Below, in pieces: positions 18,928-29,514 of a stretch of 64,000 nt of DNA; positions within the stretch are counted from its first letter, which is position 1; every line of letters begins with the position of its first letter. Source of the stretch: a virus; the IMG/VR virus record IMGVR_UViG_3300001200_000009. The stretch is one strand, 5' to 3'. The translations under genes were made by a program, and so were the position numbers. The notes beneath the pieces were generated by a model, which searched no databases, had not been told where the DNA came from, and was given only the letters and a program-made list of their open reading frames with translations.

Positions 18928-19674
18928 TTGAATTTCCTGTGAATTTGTCGATTTCTTTTACGACACCTTCGGTAATCGTCTTACCAATTTTGGCGTAATG
19001 AAACGGTGGCATTTTAATAATTGTCATCTTTCCACAACATCCTTAAGTTATGAGCAGAGCTCATTTGTCGGTTAAGGCAAGCTTAACCTCCAATTTCAAA
19101 ATTTTTGTTTTGACGATTTTCTTAAGTCGCCATTATTAGCCATTATAACAAAATTTACAATATCTGTAAACGATTAAACCTCAATTTACCCATTATAATG
19201 TCTTCATGTCGAAACGGCATTCAACGATTTCAAACTCAAAGCTTGAAGCAAATCGAAGATTGTTGTAATGCTGTTTAATTGCAATAGCCTCTGGAAGAGT
19301 ATCATAAAGAAATGGCTGGCCTTTTCTTGAAAAGCTTATAGCTCCAGGGTGACAGAACTTACCTTCATTTTTAATAGCATATGCAATCATGTCGAAGCCA
19401 ATATGCAATCATTTACAGAATAACCTTGCATAATTGCTGCAAGAAGCAAAACCATAAGAGGTTCGCTATTACCAATATGAGTTCTAGCGTGGGTGGCAAT
19501 TTTAGTTCTATCTGATGTTGAGAACTGAGTTCCTCTGGCCGTCATCATAATACGGTGTAATTGTCTAATCGTAATTAACATAGTAAATCTCCATTTTACT
19601 ATTATAGCATATACTATCGGGCCGGAAAGTAAACAATAAAATGCACCAGAACTAAAAATAATTCTGGTGCAGGT

Positions 19675-19740
19675 ATTGCGTAATCATACACTCACAACTA
19701 TTCATGTGTGAGCCAGGGTGAATCTCGCAGCCGGAGTGTA
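19675..19740. ncRNA. Repeated structured RNA candidate, copy 1
   Basis: ATTGCGTAATCATACACT..AGGGTGAATCTCGCA..GGAGTGTA shared with 63301-63375. Confidence 0.6.
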
Positions 19741-19753
19741 CGAATCACCAGTG

Positions 19754-20059
19754 CTAAGTGGTTGATTTAGTGTAACTTTTCCATGACGCTAAAAGATGTT
19801 GACGAACTGAGCTAATAGAATCATTAACGATATCAGTCGCCGCTCTTAAGTCAAGGTCAGTTTCATCACCATATTCTGCTGTGTACGTGATATTAGAGTC
19901 AATAGGATAACCGTCTTTTACCAATATCATTTTGATTTCTCGCTTAACAGTCTTCTCAAATGTGTTGGTGGTTTCATAAACTCTTGAAATGCTCACTAAA
20001 GTTTGCAGGTCTATACACGCTATAGAGTCTTCATCGTAATCCCAAATTTGCTCGGCCAT
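19754..20059 (-). CDS. Hypothetical protein
   Basis: ORF coupled to its neighbour. Confidence 0.6.
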   Translation of the reverse strand: MAEQIWDYDEDSIACIDLQTLVSISRVYETTNTFEKTVKREIKMILVKDGYPIDSNITYTAEYGDETDLDLRAATDIVNDSISSVRQHLLASWKSYTKSTT

Positions 20060-20445
20060 TAGAATAAATTCCCAAAGTTTTCGGCGTTGGTTGTTGGAAC
20101 ATCCGGCAAATACTCTTTACAGAAGTCTCTAAGCATATCCCAGTCTACCCAACGAGAGGTAGGTTCGGCAAATAGAATTTTCTTGCCATTGATTTGAGCC
20201 GTCCAAAATGTGAACATTACGATTCGACCCTTCTTAGGTTTCCCAATATAGCCAAGGCATCGGCCTATTCCGCTATTGTTGGACTTCCAATCGTAACCGA
20301 ATTCCTTGGTGCATGTTAACCAAAGAGCGCTCTTCTCGTATGACGTAGTTTCACAGACTCCTTCAACGCCCTCCAAAAATCTTTTGAAGTTGATTTCGTC
20401 TTGTTCTGCGTATGCAGCCGCGAGACTCATGTCTTTAGAATACAA
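20059..20445 (-). CDS. Hypothetical protein
   Basis: ORF in operon. Confidence 0.6.
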   Translation of the reverse strand: MYSKDMSLAAAYAEQDEINFKRFLEGVEGVCETTSYEKSALWLTCTKEFGYDWKSNNSGIGRCLGYIGKPKKGRIVMFTFWTAQINGKKILFAEPTSRWVDWDMLRDFCKEYLPDVPTTNAENFGNLF

Positions 20446-20678
20446 GCAGCACCGACGATTTCAATGAATTCGCCTGACTTGTCTACAAATTGAACGCCAG
20501 CCGGAAGAGCTTCGACCATTCCAGTTGATTGACCCTTATAGATGAGTTCGCCGCCAGAGTAGCATTCAACGGTTCGACTATCACCAAAGGAACCAAAGTT
20601 CGCGCGAGTCGTGTCCGTACAGGCTGATACGGATAGAGCGGCTAGAATAGCCAAGCCTGTCAATAGTTGAGTTTTCAT
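20427..20678 (-). CDS. Putative lipoprotein
   Basis: Lipobox-like SVSAC. Confidence 0.7.
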   Translation of the reverse strand: MKTQLLTGLAILAALSVSACTDTTRANFGSFGDSRTVECYSGGELIYKGQSTGMVEALPAGVQFVDKSGEFIEIVGAACILKT

Positions 20679-20958
20679 AATGTAGTCCTTCTTTGGTTGG
20701 TGGTATTATTCTGAGACTAGTTCTTCTTCTAGTCCTTTGAAATCTTGTGGTAGAATGTCGTGTTCATAGTCTTCTACATGGATAGAGTGTGTGGCACTTC
20801 CGCCATCAGATGAGGTGTTGATGACTGTTTTTGAAATGAACCATCCATTAACAGTGCGTATAACAAGTGTGGTGGATGTATATCCATATCCGCGTTTTTT
20901 GAATAGCCATCTCATGATGTTGCTCCACTTTTAGAATTATATACTTATAAATAACTTC

Positions 20959-21576
20959 ATGAGCATAATATACCAAACTACTAATAATGTAAACAACAAA
21001 ATTTATATAGGCGTCCACAGTGGAAATGACCCATCTTATTTGGGTTCAGGAAAATTGCTAAAACAAGCTATTAGAAAATATGGCAAAGCTGCGTTTACAC
21101 GAACAGTTCTCTATGAATTCGATACAATTGAACAGGCATTCGCTAAAGAGGCTGAAATAGTCAATGAAAATTTCATAGCCAGAGACGATGTTTATAACAT
21201 AATGCCAGGCGGAAAAGGAATGGTTGCTGGACCTCTAAATCCTAATTATGGCAAAAGGCAGTCAGCTGACTGGATAGCGCGTAGAACTGCTTGCCATAAA
21301 AATAAAGTAGTAACCGAAAGGCAAAAGCAAAAACAATCTCTTGCCATGACCGGCAAAATAAGAAGCAAAAAGTCTAGAGCAAAACAAAGTTCTTCGATAT
21401 CAGGAAAACATCACTGGAATTATGGCCAAACACACTCCGAAGACACTTTAAAAAAGATGAGGGCTTCAGCATTAAGACAAAAGAAAATCACCTGTCCTCA
21501 CTGTAAGAAAACAGGTGATAAAGCAAATATGAAGAGATGGCACTTTGATAATTGTAAGTCTATTTTTCGACCTTGA
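20959..21576 (+). CDS. Free-standing GIY-YIG homing endonuclease
   Basis: IIYQTTN..KIYIG, YLGSG, CPHC; TATAAATA 20946-20953. Confidence 0.9.
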   Translation: MSIIYQTTNNVNNKIYIGVHSGNDPSYLGSGKLLKQAIRKYGKAAFTRTVLYEFDTIEQAFAKEAEIVNENFIARDDVYNIMPGGKGMVAGPLNPNYGKRQSADWIARRTACHKNKVVTERQKQKQSLAMTGKIRSKKSRAKQSSSISGKHHWNYGQTHSEDTLKKMRASALRQKKITCPHCKKTGDKANMKRWHFDNCKSIFRP

Positions 21577-22660
21577 GTATCAAATAATGTGGCGCGAAGC
21601 GGAATGAGCATTCGCCGGCCTTGGTTGTCAGAGCTTTCCAAGCCTTATCGCGACTGATGGATGAGCCCTTCGTAAATTTGCCAACATCTTGCTCTGGCTT
21701 CCGAAGCTTTTTCTTCTCGCCTTTGGCAACATTGATAAGCGATGCACCTTTCGCAGAGAAGCCACCAGCTTTAGCCGTGAAGCACATGATTTCGCGATAT
21801 TTGGTACTATACACCCAGATTTTTGGTGCACCGACGATTTCGACAGGGTGAAGGCTTCGTAGCTTAAGGTCTTTGTCTTCCGCCTGAAAGCGAATTGACT
21901 TGACGACTTTATCAGCAGCTGGAGCCTTTTTTGCTCGCTTGGTTCGGTTTGCGGCTTTTTTGGCGGTCGACTCGAAGACGATGTCGTTGTAAATCTCATG
22001 CATAATGGTGTAGTAACCTTTATGGTTCTTGATATGAGAATATCCTTCGCGAAGGTCCGCAGTTTTCTTGAACACCAGCTCATGAAGCTCGTCGATAAGA
22101 GGTTTGAGCTCTGATACAAGAGTCTTCATGTCATCGTCTGAAAGACCATGACGAGCCTTTAGGCTTTTGGCAGAAAATCCATGTTTGCCGCGTTTTTCGA
22201 TGCAGCGCCATTGTAGCTCTTCAATTTCGTCGGAGGCAAGTTGCATTGCAGCTTCATGTTTTGCAGCTTTTTGACGAGCCGAACGGGCTTTTTCTTCATC
22301 TGAAGCCGAAACTTTTTGATGCTTCGGAGCGTATTTGAGAAATTCAGCGCGAAGAGCTCTGAAGTGGTCCATTGAATGGGTTGGGAAAACACATTTGCGA
22401 GTTAGTTGGCGACAATATTGTCCAAAGGCTGGAACGACATAGTTCTTATCCATCTTTTCGATGAGCGCAAGAACTGCAGTATCGTTTTCGTCTTTTGCCC
22501 ACTTCTTGACCCACTTGACGATGTTGTCCATTGAGAGATGATAAGCATACCACGAACGGGCCCAACGACGCGCTTGAGGATTTTCAATATAATTCGTACC
22601 TACGGGGACTTCGTCGCCATAGCCTTGTTTGTCAAGGATTTTGTTTGATTTTTTAGCCAT
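21560..22660 (-). CDS. Basic hypothetical protein
   Basis: 366-aa Lys-rich ORF. Confidence 0.75.
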   Translation of the reverse strand: MAKKSNKILDKQGYGDEVPVGTNYIENPQARRWARSWYAYHLSMDNIVKWVKKWAKDENDTAVLALIEKMDKNYVVPAFGQYCRQLTRKCVFPTHSMDHFRALRAEFLKYAPKHQKVSASDEEKARSARQKAAKHEAAMQLASDEIEELQWRCIEKRGKHGFSAKSLKARHGLSDDDMKTLVSELKPLIDELHELVFKKTADLREGYSHIKNHKGYYTIMHEIYNDIVFESTAKKAANRTKRAKKAPAADKVVKSIRFQAEDKDLKLRSLHPVEIVGAPKIWVYSTKYREIMCFTAKAGGFSAKGASLINVAKGEKKKLRKPEQDVGKFTKGSSISRDKAWKALTTKAGECSFRFAPHYLILKVEK

Positions 22661-23015
22661 TATTTTGTCTCCATAAGGTCTGCTAGAGTAAAATGTTCGC
22701 CATTACCAAAAGGCCGAATTTTAGTTTCTGGGTCCGTTAGAATGACATAGTTAGACATAAAGATAGCTATGTAACCATAAGAGCATTTCCATACACACGC
22801 ATAGCGAACTTTAGAGTCAGGAATGACTAATGCTCCAATAGGTTCACTACTTGTAGCAATCTTTTCGATTTCTTCTTCAGTAATATTCATTGTAAATCTC
22901 CATTTTACATATCTAGTCTATACTATTTTATCGCGTTTGTAAACATAAAAATGCACCCCGACGAAAATAAATTCATCGAGGCGCACGAGCGCTTTAATGG
23001 AGATTTATGCGCACT

Positions 23016-23678
23016 CTATTCGGGAGTTTCAGTAAGCAATTGAGCATTGCCTGTTGGTTCACCAAAAGCTTCGGTAAGAACCTTACGACCTTTAAGTTCT
23101 TTTATCGCCATTTTAGACTTAGTGTCTACACCAACCACTCGAGCCATATCATTACCATCAACAAGGATTATATCGCCTTTGTCGACCTCGCCCTCTTTAG
23201 AGATATATGAATATTTGCTGCTGTTTCGGTCAGTAACAAATTTGATGTCAACAGTATATGGTACGACTTCAGTTAAATCGGCAGATTCAAAAAAGACGAT
23301 TTCACCGGTTCCGCTGATTTCAAAAACGACTTTACCTTCGCGGTTTAGTCCGATTTTGGTACCAACTCTAGGCTTGTCTTCGTTGGTTTGAAATAGTGTT
23401 TTAGTCATAGTAGTCTCCGTTGTGTATTCTTGATAATTGTTTCTTTGAATGCCTAGATTTTCTCTTAAGAGAACATTAAGGCCTTCTTTTTGAGTTCTGT
23501 TCAATGGGCCAGTAAATGGTTTGAACGCGTTAACCGGTCGGTGTTGGATATTTTTAGTGGTACAATATTTTCCATAAAGCCAACCACCGCTACCACGTCC
23601 ATTTATCTCTAAAACTAGAATCGGTGATTTACCACCAACTCTGCGAACTAAGTCACCGACCTTGAATTGTGTCGCCAT
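23016..23678 (-). CDS. Hypothetical protein
   Basis: 220-aa ORF, FKVGDLV start. Confidence 0.7.
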   Translation of the reverse strand: MATQFKVGDLVRRVGGKSPILVLEINGRGSGGWLYGKYCTTKNIQHRPVNAFKPFTGPLNRTQKEGLNVLLRENLGIQRNNYQEYTTETTMTKTLFQTNEDKPRVGTKIGLNREGKVVFEISGTGEIVFFESADLTEVVPYTVDIKFVTDRNSSKYSYISKEGEVDKGDIILVDGNDMARVVGVDTKSKMAIKELKGRKVLTEAFGEPTGNAQLLTETPE

Positions 23679-24700
23679 TAAGTTTTCCTTAAGTCAATTA
23701 CTTTAACGAAGTCAAAGCCATCCCCGTTTAGAGCATGTTTCTTTGACGCATTAAAGGTGTTGTGATGCTTCGTAATGATAGCCTCAGATGTGCGCCCAGG
23801 TTCACTAAGTTTTGGACCTTTGTGGAAGCTATCAATCTTGTCAATCAGAGGACGGTCAATAATGACGTATTCGACATCGACATTACCATCTTCAGCTCCG
23901 ATTGACTTTAAGATACCAACACGGTCAGCGCGCTTAATATTCGTGGCGTCATAGATAACATCTAATCCACCCGCAATATGAGCCTTAGCAATGTTAGTCG
24001 CGGTCAAATGAGTCGAACGAATTCCAGAATGAGTGTACGCTTGACGGTCACACCATTCGGTTTCAGAAGGATATTGAGCTTGGCGAATTTCGTCAGTTGA
24101 CACTCGAGTACCTCCACGAGCGCCATTTAATTGATACCACAACGTTTTACCAGCTCCCGAAGGACCAATCAACATAGTCAACTTTGGTTTACGAGGAGCA
24201 GTAGCTTTTGGCTTATCGAAATCTCCTGGAGCGATTTGAGCGCAAACAACTCCATTACGTCTCCACATGTCAACGACCTTTTGACGGTCATCGAAAATCA
24301 TGTCAGGTTGGACATCTTCAGCATCCAACCATTGGCGCTTAAGAATATCGTCTGGAATGTAATTGCCTTGTGGACGCATATTGACCAAGAATTTATTCAT
24401 ATCATGACGAACATCTCCGCCAATTCCGCCTTCAGAAGCGTAATCTAGCAATGGAAGAATATGAAGTTTCATCCATTCGATTGTCATATCATAGGAAATA
24501 GCCGAAGCGCCGCTCCAAATTTCTACACGGTGGCCAGCATTTACAAGGTCAGCAAAAACTTGAATGACTGGCCAGACTGGTTCGTCCTTATCACAAGACA
24601 AGAAGAACTTATCCCATTGATTGGCTCCATCAGCCACAAGAGGACGACGATGCGTGATGTCACGAAGAGTTCCATCTAAATCAAAAACGTAATAGCTCAT
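23678..24700 (-). CDS. Polynucleotide 3'-phosphatase / 5'-kinase (PseT-like, phosphatase first)
   Basis: FDLDGTL and MIFDDR (HAD), then LIGPSGAGKT and DATN (P-loop kinase). Confidence 0.85.
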   Translation of the reverse strand: MSYYVFDLDGTLRDITHRRPLVADGANQWDKFFLSCDKDEPVWPVIQVFADLVNAGHRVEIWSGASAISYDMTIEWMKLHILPLLDYASEGGIGGDVRHDMNKFLVNMRPQGNYIPDDILKRQWLDAEDVQPDMIFDDRQKVVDMWRRNGVVCAQIAPGDFDKPKATAPRKPKLTMLIGPSGAGKTLWYQLNGARGGTRVSTDEIRQAQYPSETEWCDRQAYTHSGIRSTHLTATNIAKAHIAGGLDVIYDATNIKRADRVGILKSIGAEDGNVDVEYVIIDRPLIDKIDSFHKGPKLSEPGRTSEAIITKHHNTFNASKKHALNGDGFDFVKVIDLRKT

Positions 24701-24799
24701 TTGAATTCCTTATTTCTATTCTTTATATACTATTGGGTAGCAGAGTAAACGATAAAATTCACTTTTAATGAATTATTTTTGAGTATTCACTTTTAATGA

Positions 24800-25342
24800 C
24801 TACCACTTAGTTTCAGTTGGACCAAGATGAGTCATGTCGATAGTCTCATACTTATCCCGTATCCAATCACGCTTTTCTTTGTTTGTTAAAGCGTTAAATA
24901 TCTCTACGTCTGGTCCAGAAATACCAACAATTTCTTTATCTCTATAAAGAGTGTCACCTAAATACAAGAAGTCTTTATCAGAAAAATTGACCTTAAAGGT
25001 TTCAACAGCTGGACCGGCAATATCCTTCTTATCGAAGAATCGACCAGTTAATTGACCCTTTTCGAAATCTCGAAATCTATGGTCATGCTCCTTTTTATTG
25101 AGCAAAGCCGCTTGACGAGCAGTAAGTTCGTATTGAACATCAATATTTTCCGGTGTATACAATGATGTAGAACTTATAGAACTTACTGTACCACGCTTAG
25201 CACTCATGTAGTTAACATGCTTCGAACAGACTTCAAGTTTAGCATACCAATGTTCAGCCTCGACTGAAAATCCCATAAATGTCGATATTTTTAATCTTAC
25301 AGCCCAAGGACCCTTAACTTCGATAGCATCTAAATCTATCAT
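24800..25342 (-). CDS. Hypothetical protein
   Basis: 180-aa ORF, GGAG SD. Confidence 0.65.
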   Translation of the reverse strand: MIDLDAIEVKGPWAVRLKISTFMGFSVEAEHWYAKLEVCSKHVNYMSAKRGTVSSISSTSLYTPENIDVQYELTARQAALLNKKEHDHRFRDFEKGQLTGRFFDKKDIAGPAVETFKVNFSDKDFLYLGDTLYRDKEIVGISGPDVEIFNALTNKEKRDWIRDKYETIDMTHLGPTETKW

Positions 25343-25577
25343 TGTGAATTCTCCATGTCGTCGATAGCTTTTTGAAGAGCTACGCCTTCAGAACTTGTAC
25401 TTACGAATTCGCAATCATGCCGCTCTGGGTCATCGCTAAAAAAGCCGCACTCTTTTAATAGCTCTTTTGCGGCTTTAAGAAGGGCTTGTGTTTTGGCTTC
25501 ATTTGTCATAATAATCTCCAAGTGTATCATGTATTGAACAACTGGGTGCTCTAATGTTCAATACATGATACATATTT

Positions 25578-26231
25578 CTAGTTAACGAGGTACACGAGAC
25601 CTTGCTTAACATCATAGTCGCAATCAGCTTGTGTGTAAGCCGTGTTCTTGAGAACGAACTCAAGAGTTGGTGAGCGACCTTTTTTCTTACGCGGCTCGCA
25701 GAAGTCATAAGCCTCTTGACGACGGTCATATTTTGGACCGCTTCGACCAGTTGGACGACGACGAAATACGATGCGATTTCCACCAGCATCCGCAACTTCT
25801 GGTGCGTTAAGAATTTCGTGTAAGGAATGGACGAATGCTTTTGTCTTACCGCGACGTGAGTTAACGTCGATGATGACTCCATCACGCATTACAAAGGCGT
25901 GAGATTCGATTGTGACAAAGAAGGTTCCAACCGGATATTCATCGCGAATATTGGCAAGAGTTTTACCTTTACGGCGGTAGGATTCGACCATATCGCCCGT
26001 AATACGACATTTACGTTCGCATTTGACGTGTTCCATCGGGACTTTAACTTCTTTGAGCTGAAGTCCGAGGTCTTGAGCGGCTTGGGTCCATTTATAGTTG
26101 GCCATGCCTTTGTTGTCGACATAACCATTAGCGTCGAACGCTTTGAAAATGTCTTCATCAGGAAGTTGGGTAATAAGCTGAACTGCAACGAGCGTGCAAT
26201 TCTTTTTCATTGATTTGATAGTTCGTTTCAT
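25578..26231 (-). CDS. Hypothetical protein
   Basis: Start MKRTIK after ATGGAGATT; early promoter 26278-26283. Confidence 0.7.
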   Translation of the reverse strand: MKRTIKSMKKNCTLVAVQLITQLPDEDIFKAFDANGYVDNKGMANYKWTQAAQDLGLQLKEVKVPMEHVKCERKCRITGDMVESYRRKGKTLANIRDEYPVGTFFVTIESHAFVMRDGVIIDVNSRRGKTKAFVHSLHEILNAPEVADAGGNRIVFRRRPTGRSGPKYDRRQEAYDFCEPRKKKGRSPTLEFVLKNTAYTQADCDYDVKQGLVYLVN

Positions 26232-26825
26232 AATAATCTCCATTTAATAAGGAGACTATATACTATCCGGCAGAAATGTAAACAGCTAAATTCAATTTAA
26301 TTTGTCGAGAATCCACATGGCAACTTCAAGTGCATGCTCTTTGTTTTTTAGAATTTTGTTTGCGCATAATCTTCGAGATTCATTTTCTACTAGAAGGCCT
26401 CGAACCTCAAACATTTCTGGAGGCTCCCCGCCTGCATGGCCTTCTTCAAATACTTTGTTAAGATTACCAAAATACGTGTCATTGTCAGACTTAGAAGTCA
26501 TGTGAGCTGCTCTAGAATCCATGATGCAAGAGCAAGGGCCTCTTCAGGGCGGTCTTTAACTTCGCTCTGAGAAATAGAGAATATGGCACCATTAAATGTT
26601 TCTTCCGCAAGCATTAACTCATGGTTCGGATATTCTTCAATCCATGGAGCCCATATAGGAAGTTCGGCAGCCTTTTCGTTTATTACATCTATGGTCGACT
26701 TGTCTTCTTCGTCTTCATCCCAAGTAGTCGTTATTCCGGCATCTTCCATGTATTGTTTAACTGTAGACATATCGATAGTACCGCGATTCTGCATGTCTAC
26801 CAATTGTCTTAATTTATCGAGGTCA

Positions 26826-27266
26826 TCATTTTCCATCGAGCTCATTTCTCCAAAATTCTTTTATATCTAATCGAGCTGCAGCGCAAAGAGCCTCAAAGAT
26901 TGGTTCTTTGAGGACTTCTGGCATCTCACCTGTATCGTCCCATATTTCTGCTTGGTCCATCCACCAGTTGATATGCCCAGGAACCGTCCTATAGCAAAAG
27001 GCATCAAAGAAACTTTGAATGTCTCCATGATAGGCCTTATAGCATAATTCTACGGTTTCACGAGTTGTATTTTCTTTGAAGAATCCACGTTCCCATGATT
27101 TTGGCTTATCATGAACGTTGGGATATTTTTCTCGATATTCTTCAAAGGACATAGGCTCATAAAAATAGTTGTGTATTTCTTCTGAATAATATCGCACAAA
27201 CCCATCGTCTAATCGGTCTTGAACTCTAGCTCTTATTCTAGGATTAAGCACGCGCTTATTAAACAT
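26826..27266 (-). CDS. Hypothetical protein
   Basis: ORF in operon. Confidence 0.6.
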   Translation of the reverse strand: MFNKRVLNPRIRARVQDRLDDGFVRYYSEEIHNYFYEPMSFEEYREKYPNVHDKPKSWERGFFKENTTRETVELCYKAYHGDIQSFFDAFCYRTVPGHINWWMDQAEIWDDTGEMPEVLKEPIFEALCAAARLDIKEFWRNELDGK

Positions 27267-27714
27267 GCTTCACACGAATTTCATCAGGTATGTATTCGTC
27301 CCATGGAGTATAGTTTAAGTCAAAATCGTAATAACCCCAATCTCCGTCGGATTCTCCAAAGAAGAACCAAGTCCAACACCATGGACTCCAATATTCTACT
27401 CGATGAATTACAGATTTATCCATCGTAAATGTTTGACCAAATCTATGGGTGATAGACCTAGAATGAGATTTCCAAATATCAGGCCAAGCGCTCTTATAAA
27501 GACGCTGTTCTCTATAGCTTCCGGTTAATACGAAACTTCGCATAGTTTTCCATCTATGCTTATGAAACATACCTAGCGGTTCCGGTTTTAAGAAATGGTG
27601 GAGGTATGAATTCTTTGTGACTCGTATTTGCTGAAGTAGAATTCCACCGTCCATAGCGGGAATTTCACGACATCTATCAGGAAAGAGTTTTTCAACTAGA
27701 CTGTAAAAGCTCAT
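27259..27714 (-). CDS. Cupin-like hypothetical protein
   Basis: HKH..W..SFVLTGSYRE, IHRV..WTWFFFG. Confidence 0.55.
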   Translation of the reverse strand: MSFYSLVEKLFPDRCREIPAMDGGILLQQIRVTKNSYLHHFLKPEPLGMFHKHRWKTMRSFVLTGSYREQRLYKSAWPDIWKSHSRSITHRFGQTFTMDKSVIHRVEYWSPWCWTWFFFGESDGDWGYYDFDLNYTPWDEYIPDEIRVKHV

Positions 27715-28073
27715 AATCTTCTCTTGGCACGATTACAACTTCCATTGTTTGGAGCTTATAATCTTTGAAGCGGTTGAATTGTGAATTTATATTGGCCTTA
27801 GCTCCTTGCAAAGAGAATATCTTTGCCGACTCTAGAAATATTGTGAACACATTCTTTGACTTGCTAAGGTAAAATCTTTTGCCACTAGCATCATTGTCGT
27901 AATATATGACACAATTACTCAATTGATTTTATGCTTCTCTATTCGCCAGCCTTCACTACTAGGCTTACCTCTAATATAGTCTTCAGCGTCTTTTTTCTTT
28001 TTAAATGTAGTGATATGCACAGCATAATCATAATATCGGTTTGGGTTACCGTAAACCATAAACATCTTTGCCA

Positions 28074-28799
28074 TTATATTTCAATTACCTTTAATTCATA
28101 TGGGCCATTCATTCTGTCCATGACGGCTCTCTCATGACGATATCCATAGGGGTTAGCAACGACTCGAGTGTCACCAATCATATAGTCGACCGGATTATGG
28201 ATGTGTCCATGTCCCCATAGGGCTGGCTTCTTCTCACGAATAAATTCATCAAGATTTGAGTGGAAGCAACAGTTAAGTTGGTCGCCAATGAATTGCTGGA
28301 CTACGCCTTTAAAAGAGGGAGAATGATGGGTAAATACGAGGTCGCCTTCTCGGACAACATCTCTTAACCATTCCATAGTGGTTAGATATTCATCAAGTGC
28401 TCGACCAGAATTCCAGTCTGCTATCCATCGAACATCATTAAGATAGAGGTCGTAGAGGTTTCGGTGATGAGGAAGGGTAAGGTCTGTCCATAAGGTTGCT
28501 AGATGAACCTTATATCCATTGACCTCAATCGTGTCTCGATTGTAACAGGACCCTTCACCATCAAAGATGTCGACATTCACGACATCGAAATCATGCTTGT
28601 AATACTCGTGATTACCAGGAATATAGGCAATTTTTTCGTATCCATAGGTCCCATTATCAATTTTCTTCTTGATTTTGTATGGGTCACCAATATCTCCGGC
28701 CATAACATAAAGGTCGACCGGGTCATCTTGAGGACTAATTGGGACTAGGGTTCCTGTGTCGCTATGGACATCAGACGTAAGAGCTATTTTCACCAGCAC
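28074..28799 (-). CDS. Calcineurin-like metallophosphoesterase
   Basis: SDVH, AGDI, PGNHE, THH, GHIH. Confidence 0.9.
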   Translation of the reverse strand: MLVKIALTSDVHSDTGTLVPISPQDDPVDLYVMAGDIGDPYKIKKKIDNGTYGYEKIAYIPGNHEYYKHDFDVVNVDIFDGEGSCYNRDTIEVNGYKVHLATLWTDLTLPHHRNLYDLYLNDVRWIADWNSGRALDEYLTTMEWLRDVVREGDLVFTHHSPSFKGVVQQFIGDQLNCCFHSNLDEFIREKKPALWGHGHIHNPVDYMIGDTRVVANPYGYRHERAVMDRMNGPYELKVIEI

Positions 28800-29122
28800 C
28801 TCGTTGTCGGTTTTTCAGAAATACGCTTCCGACGAATACGCGTCTTACCGTCTTCAAATGTCTCTTTCACGTCTTGATAGGTAATCTTTACATATTGGTC
28901 TCCACGACAGAAGAGAGAAAAAGTGTCTCTTTGACGAGGGTCATATCGGTAATATTTGGAATAGCGATAATTTCGATTGAATTGATTGTCGCAATATCCT
29001 CGATAGGTGCAGTGCTGAACTTCGGTTCGAGTGTATGTCTCACCAACCGGTTCTTGACTTATCGGAGATACTGTAGCGCAGGCAGCCAAAAATCCTGCAG
29101 TTATGGCTAAGAGAGTTTTTCT
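28790..29122 (-). CDS. Putative lipoprotein
   Basis: Lipobox FLAAC. Confidence 0.65.
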   Translation of the reverse strand, partial: RKTLLAITAGFLAACATVSPISQEPVGETYTRTEVQHCTYRGYCDNQFNRNYRYSKYYRYDPRQRDTFSLFCRGDQYVKITYQDVKETFEDGKTRIRRKRISEKPTTRCW

Positions 29123-29466
29123 CATTTTTTCCATCCATGACGTGTAGCATTAGCTAGACACTGTTTCTTTGTAGACCATTTGCGGTGGGATTTTTGAAAG
29201 ACTTTATTGTCGCGGAATACCGTCCATTGCCACTCACCGCCAATTGAGACGATTTGCCAATCAAATGGTTTACGTTTTCCGTTAAGGCCAAAGACGCTAG
29301 CGTGGTTTTCGCACCAAGCTTTTCGAGCAAATGTCTTATAAGACTTGCCGACCATGACGCCTCCACGAGTGCGCCTAACCCAAATCCAACCGTTCCAATC
29401 TTGGGAACGTTCGAAGGTCCATTTATCCTTAAGCCCATCTTTCCAATGGTTTCTATTCCAGAACAT
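29122..29466 (-). CDS. Tandem YegP/DUF1508-like repeat protein
   Basis: Two W-x-W..S...Y/W..K..C..(N/H)A repeats. Confidence 0.45.
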   Translation of the reverse strand: MFWNRNHWKDGLKDKWTFERSQDWNGWIWVRRTRGGVMVGKSYKTFARKAWCENHASVFGLNGKRKPFDWQIVSIGGEWQWTVFRDNKVFQKSHRKWSTKKQCLANATRHGWKK

Positions 29467-29514
29467 AAAGTCCTCCTATAGTCTTATATCATAATATGAG
29501 TCAGATGTAAACGA

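Noticed and set aside
19675-19740. HDV-like/theta, hammerhead, twister or pistol ribozyme
   Set aside because: Element order and catalytic consensus do not fit: no CUGAUGA/GAAA, a hairpin separates P3 from P1, and it is not tRNA-adjacent.
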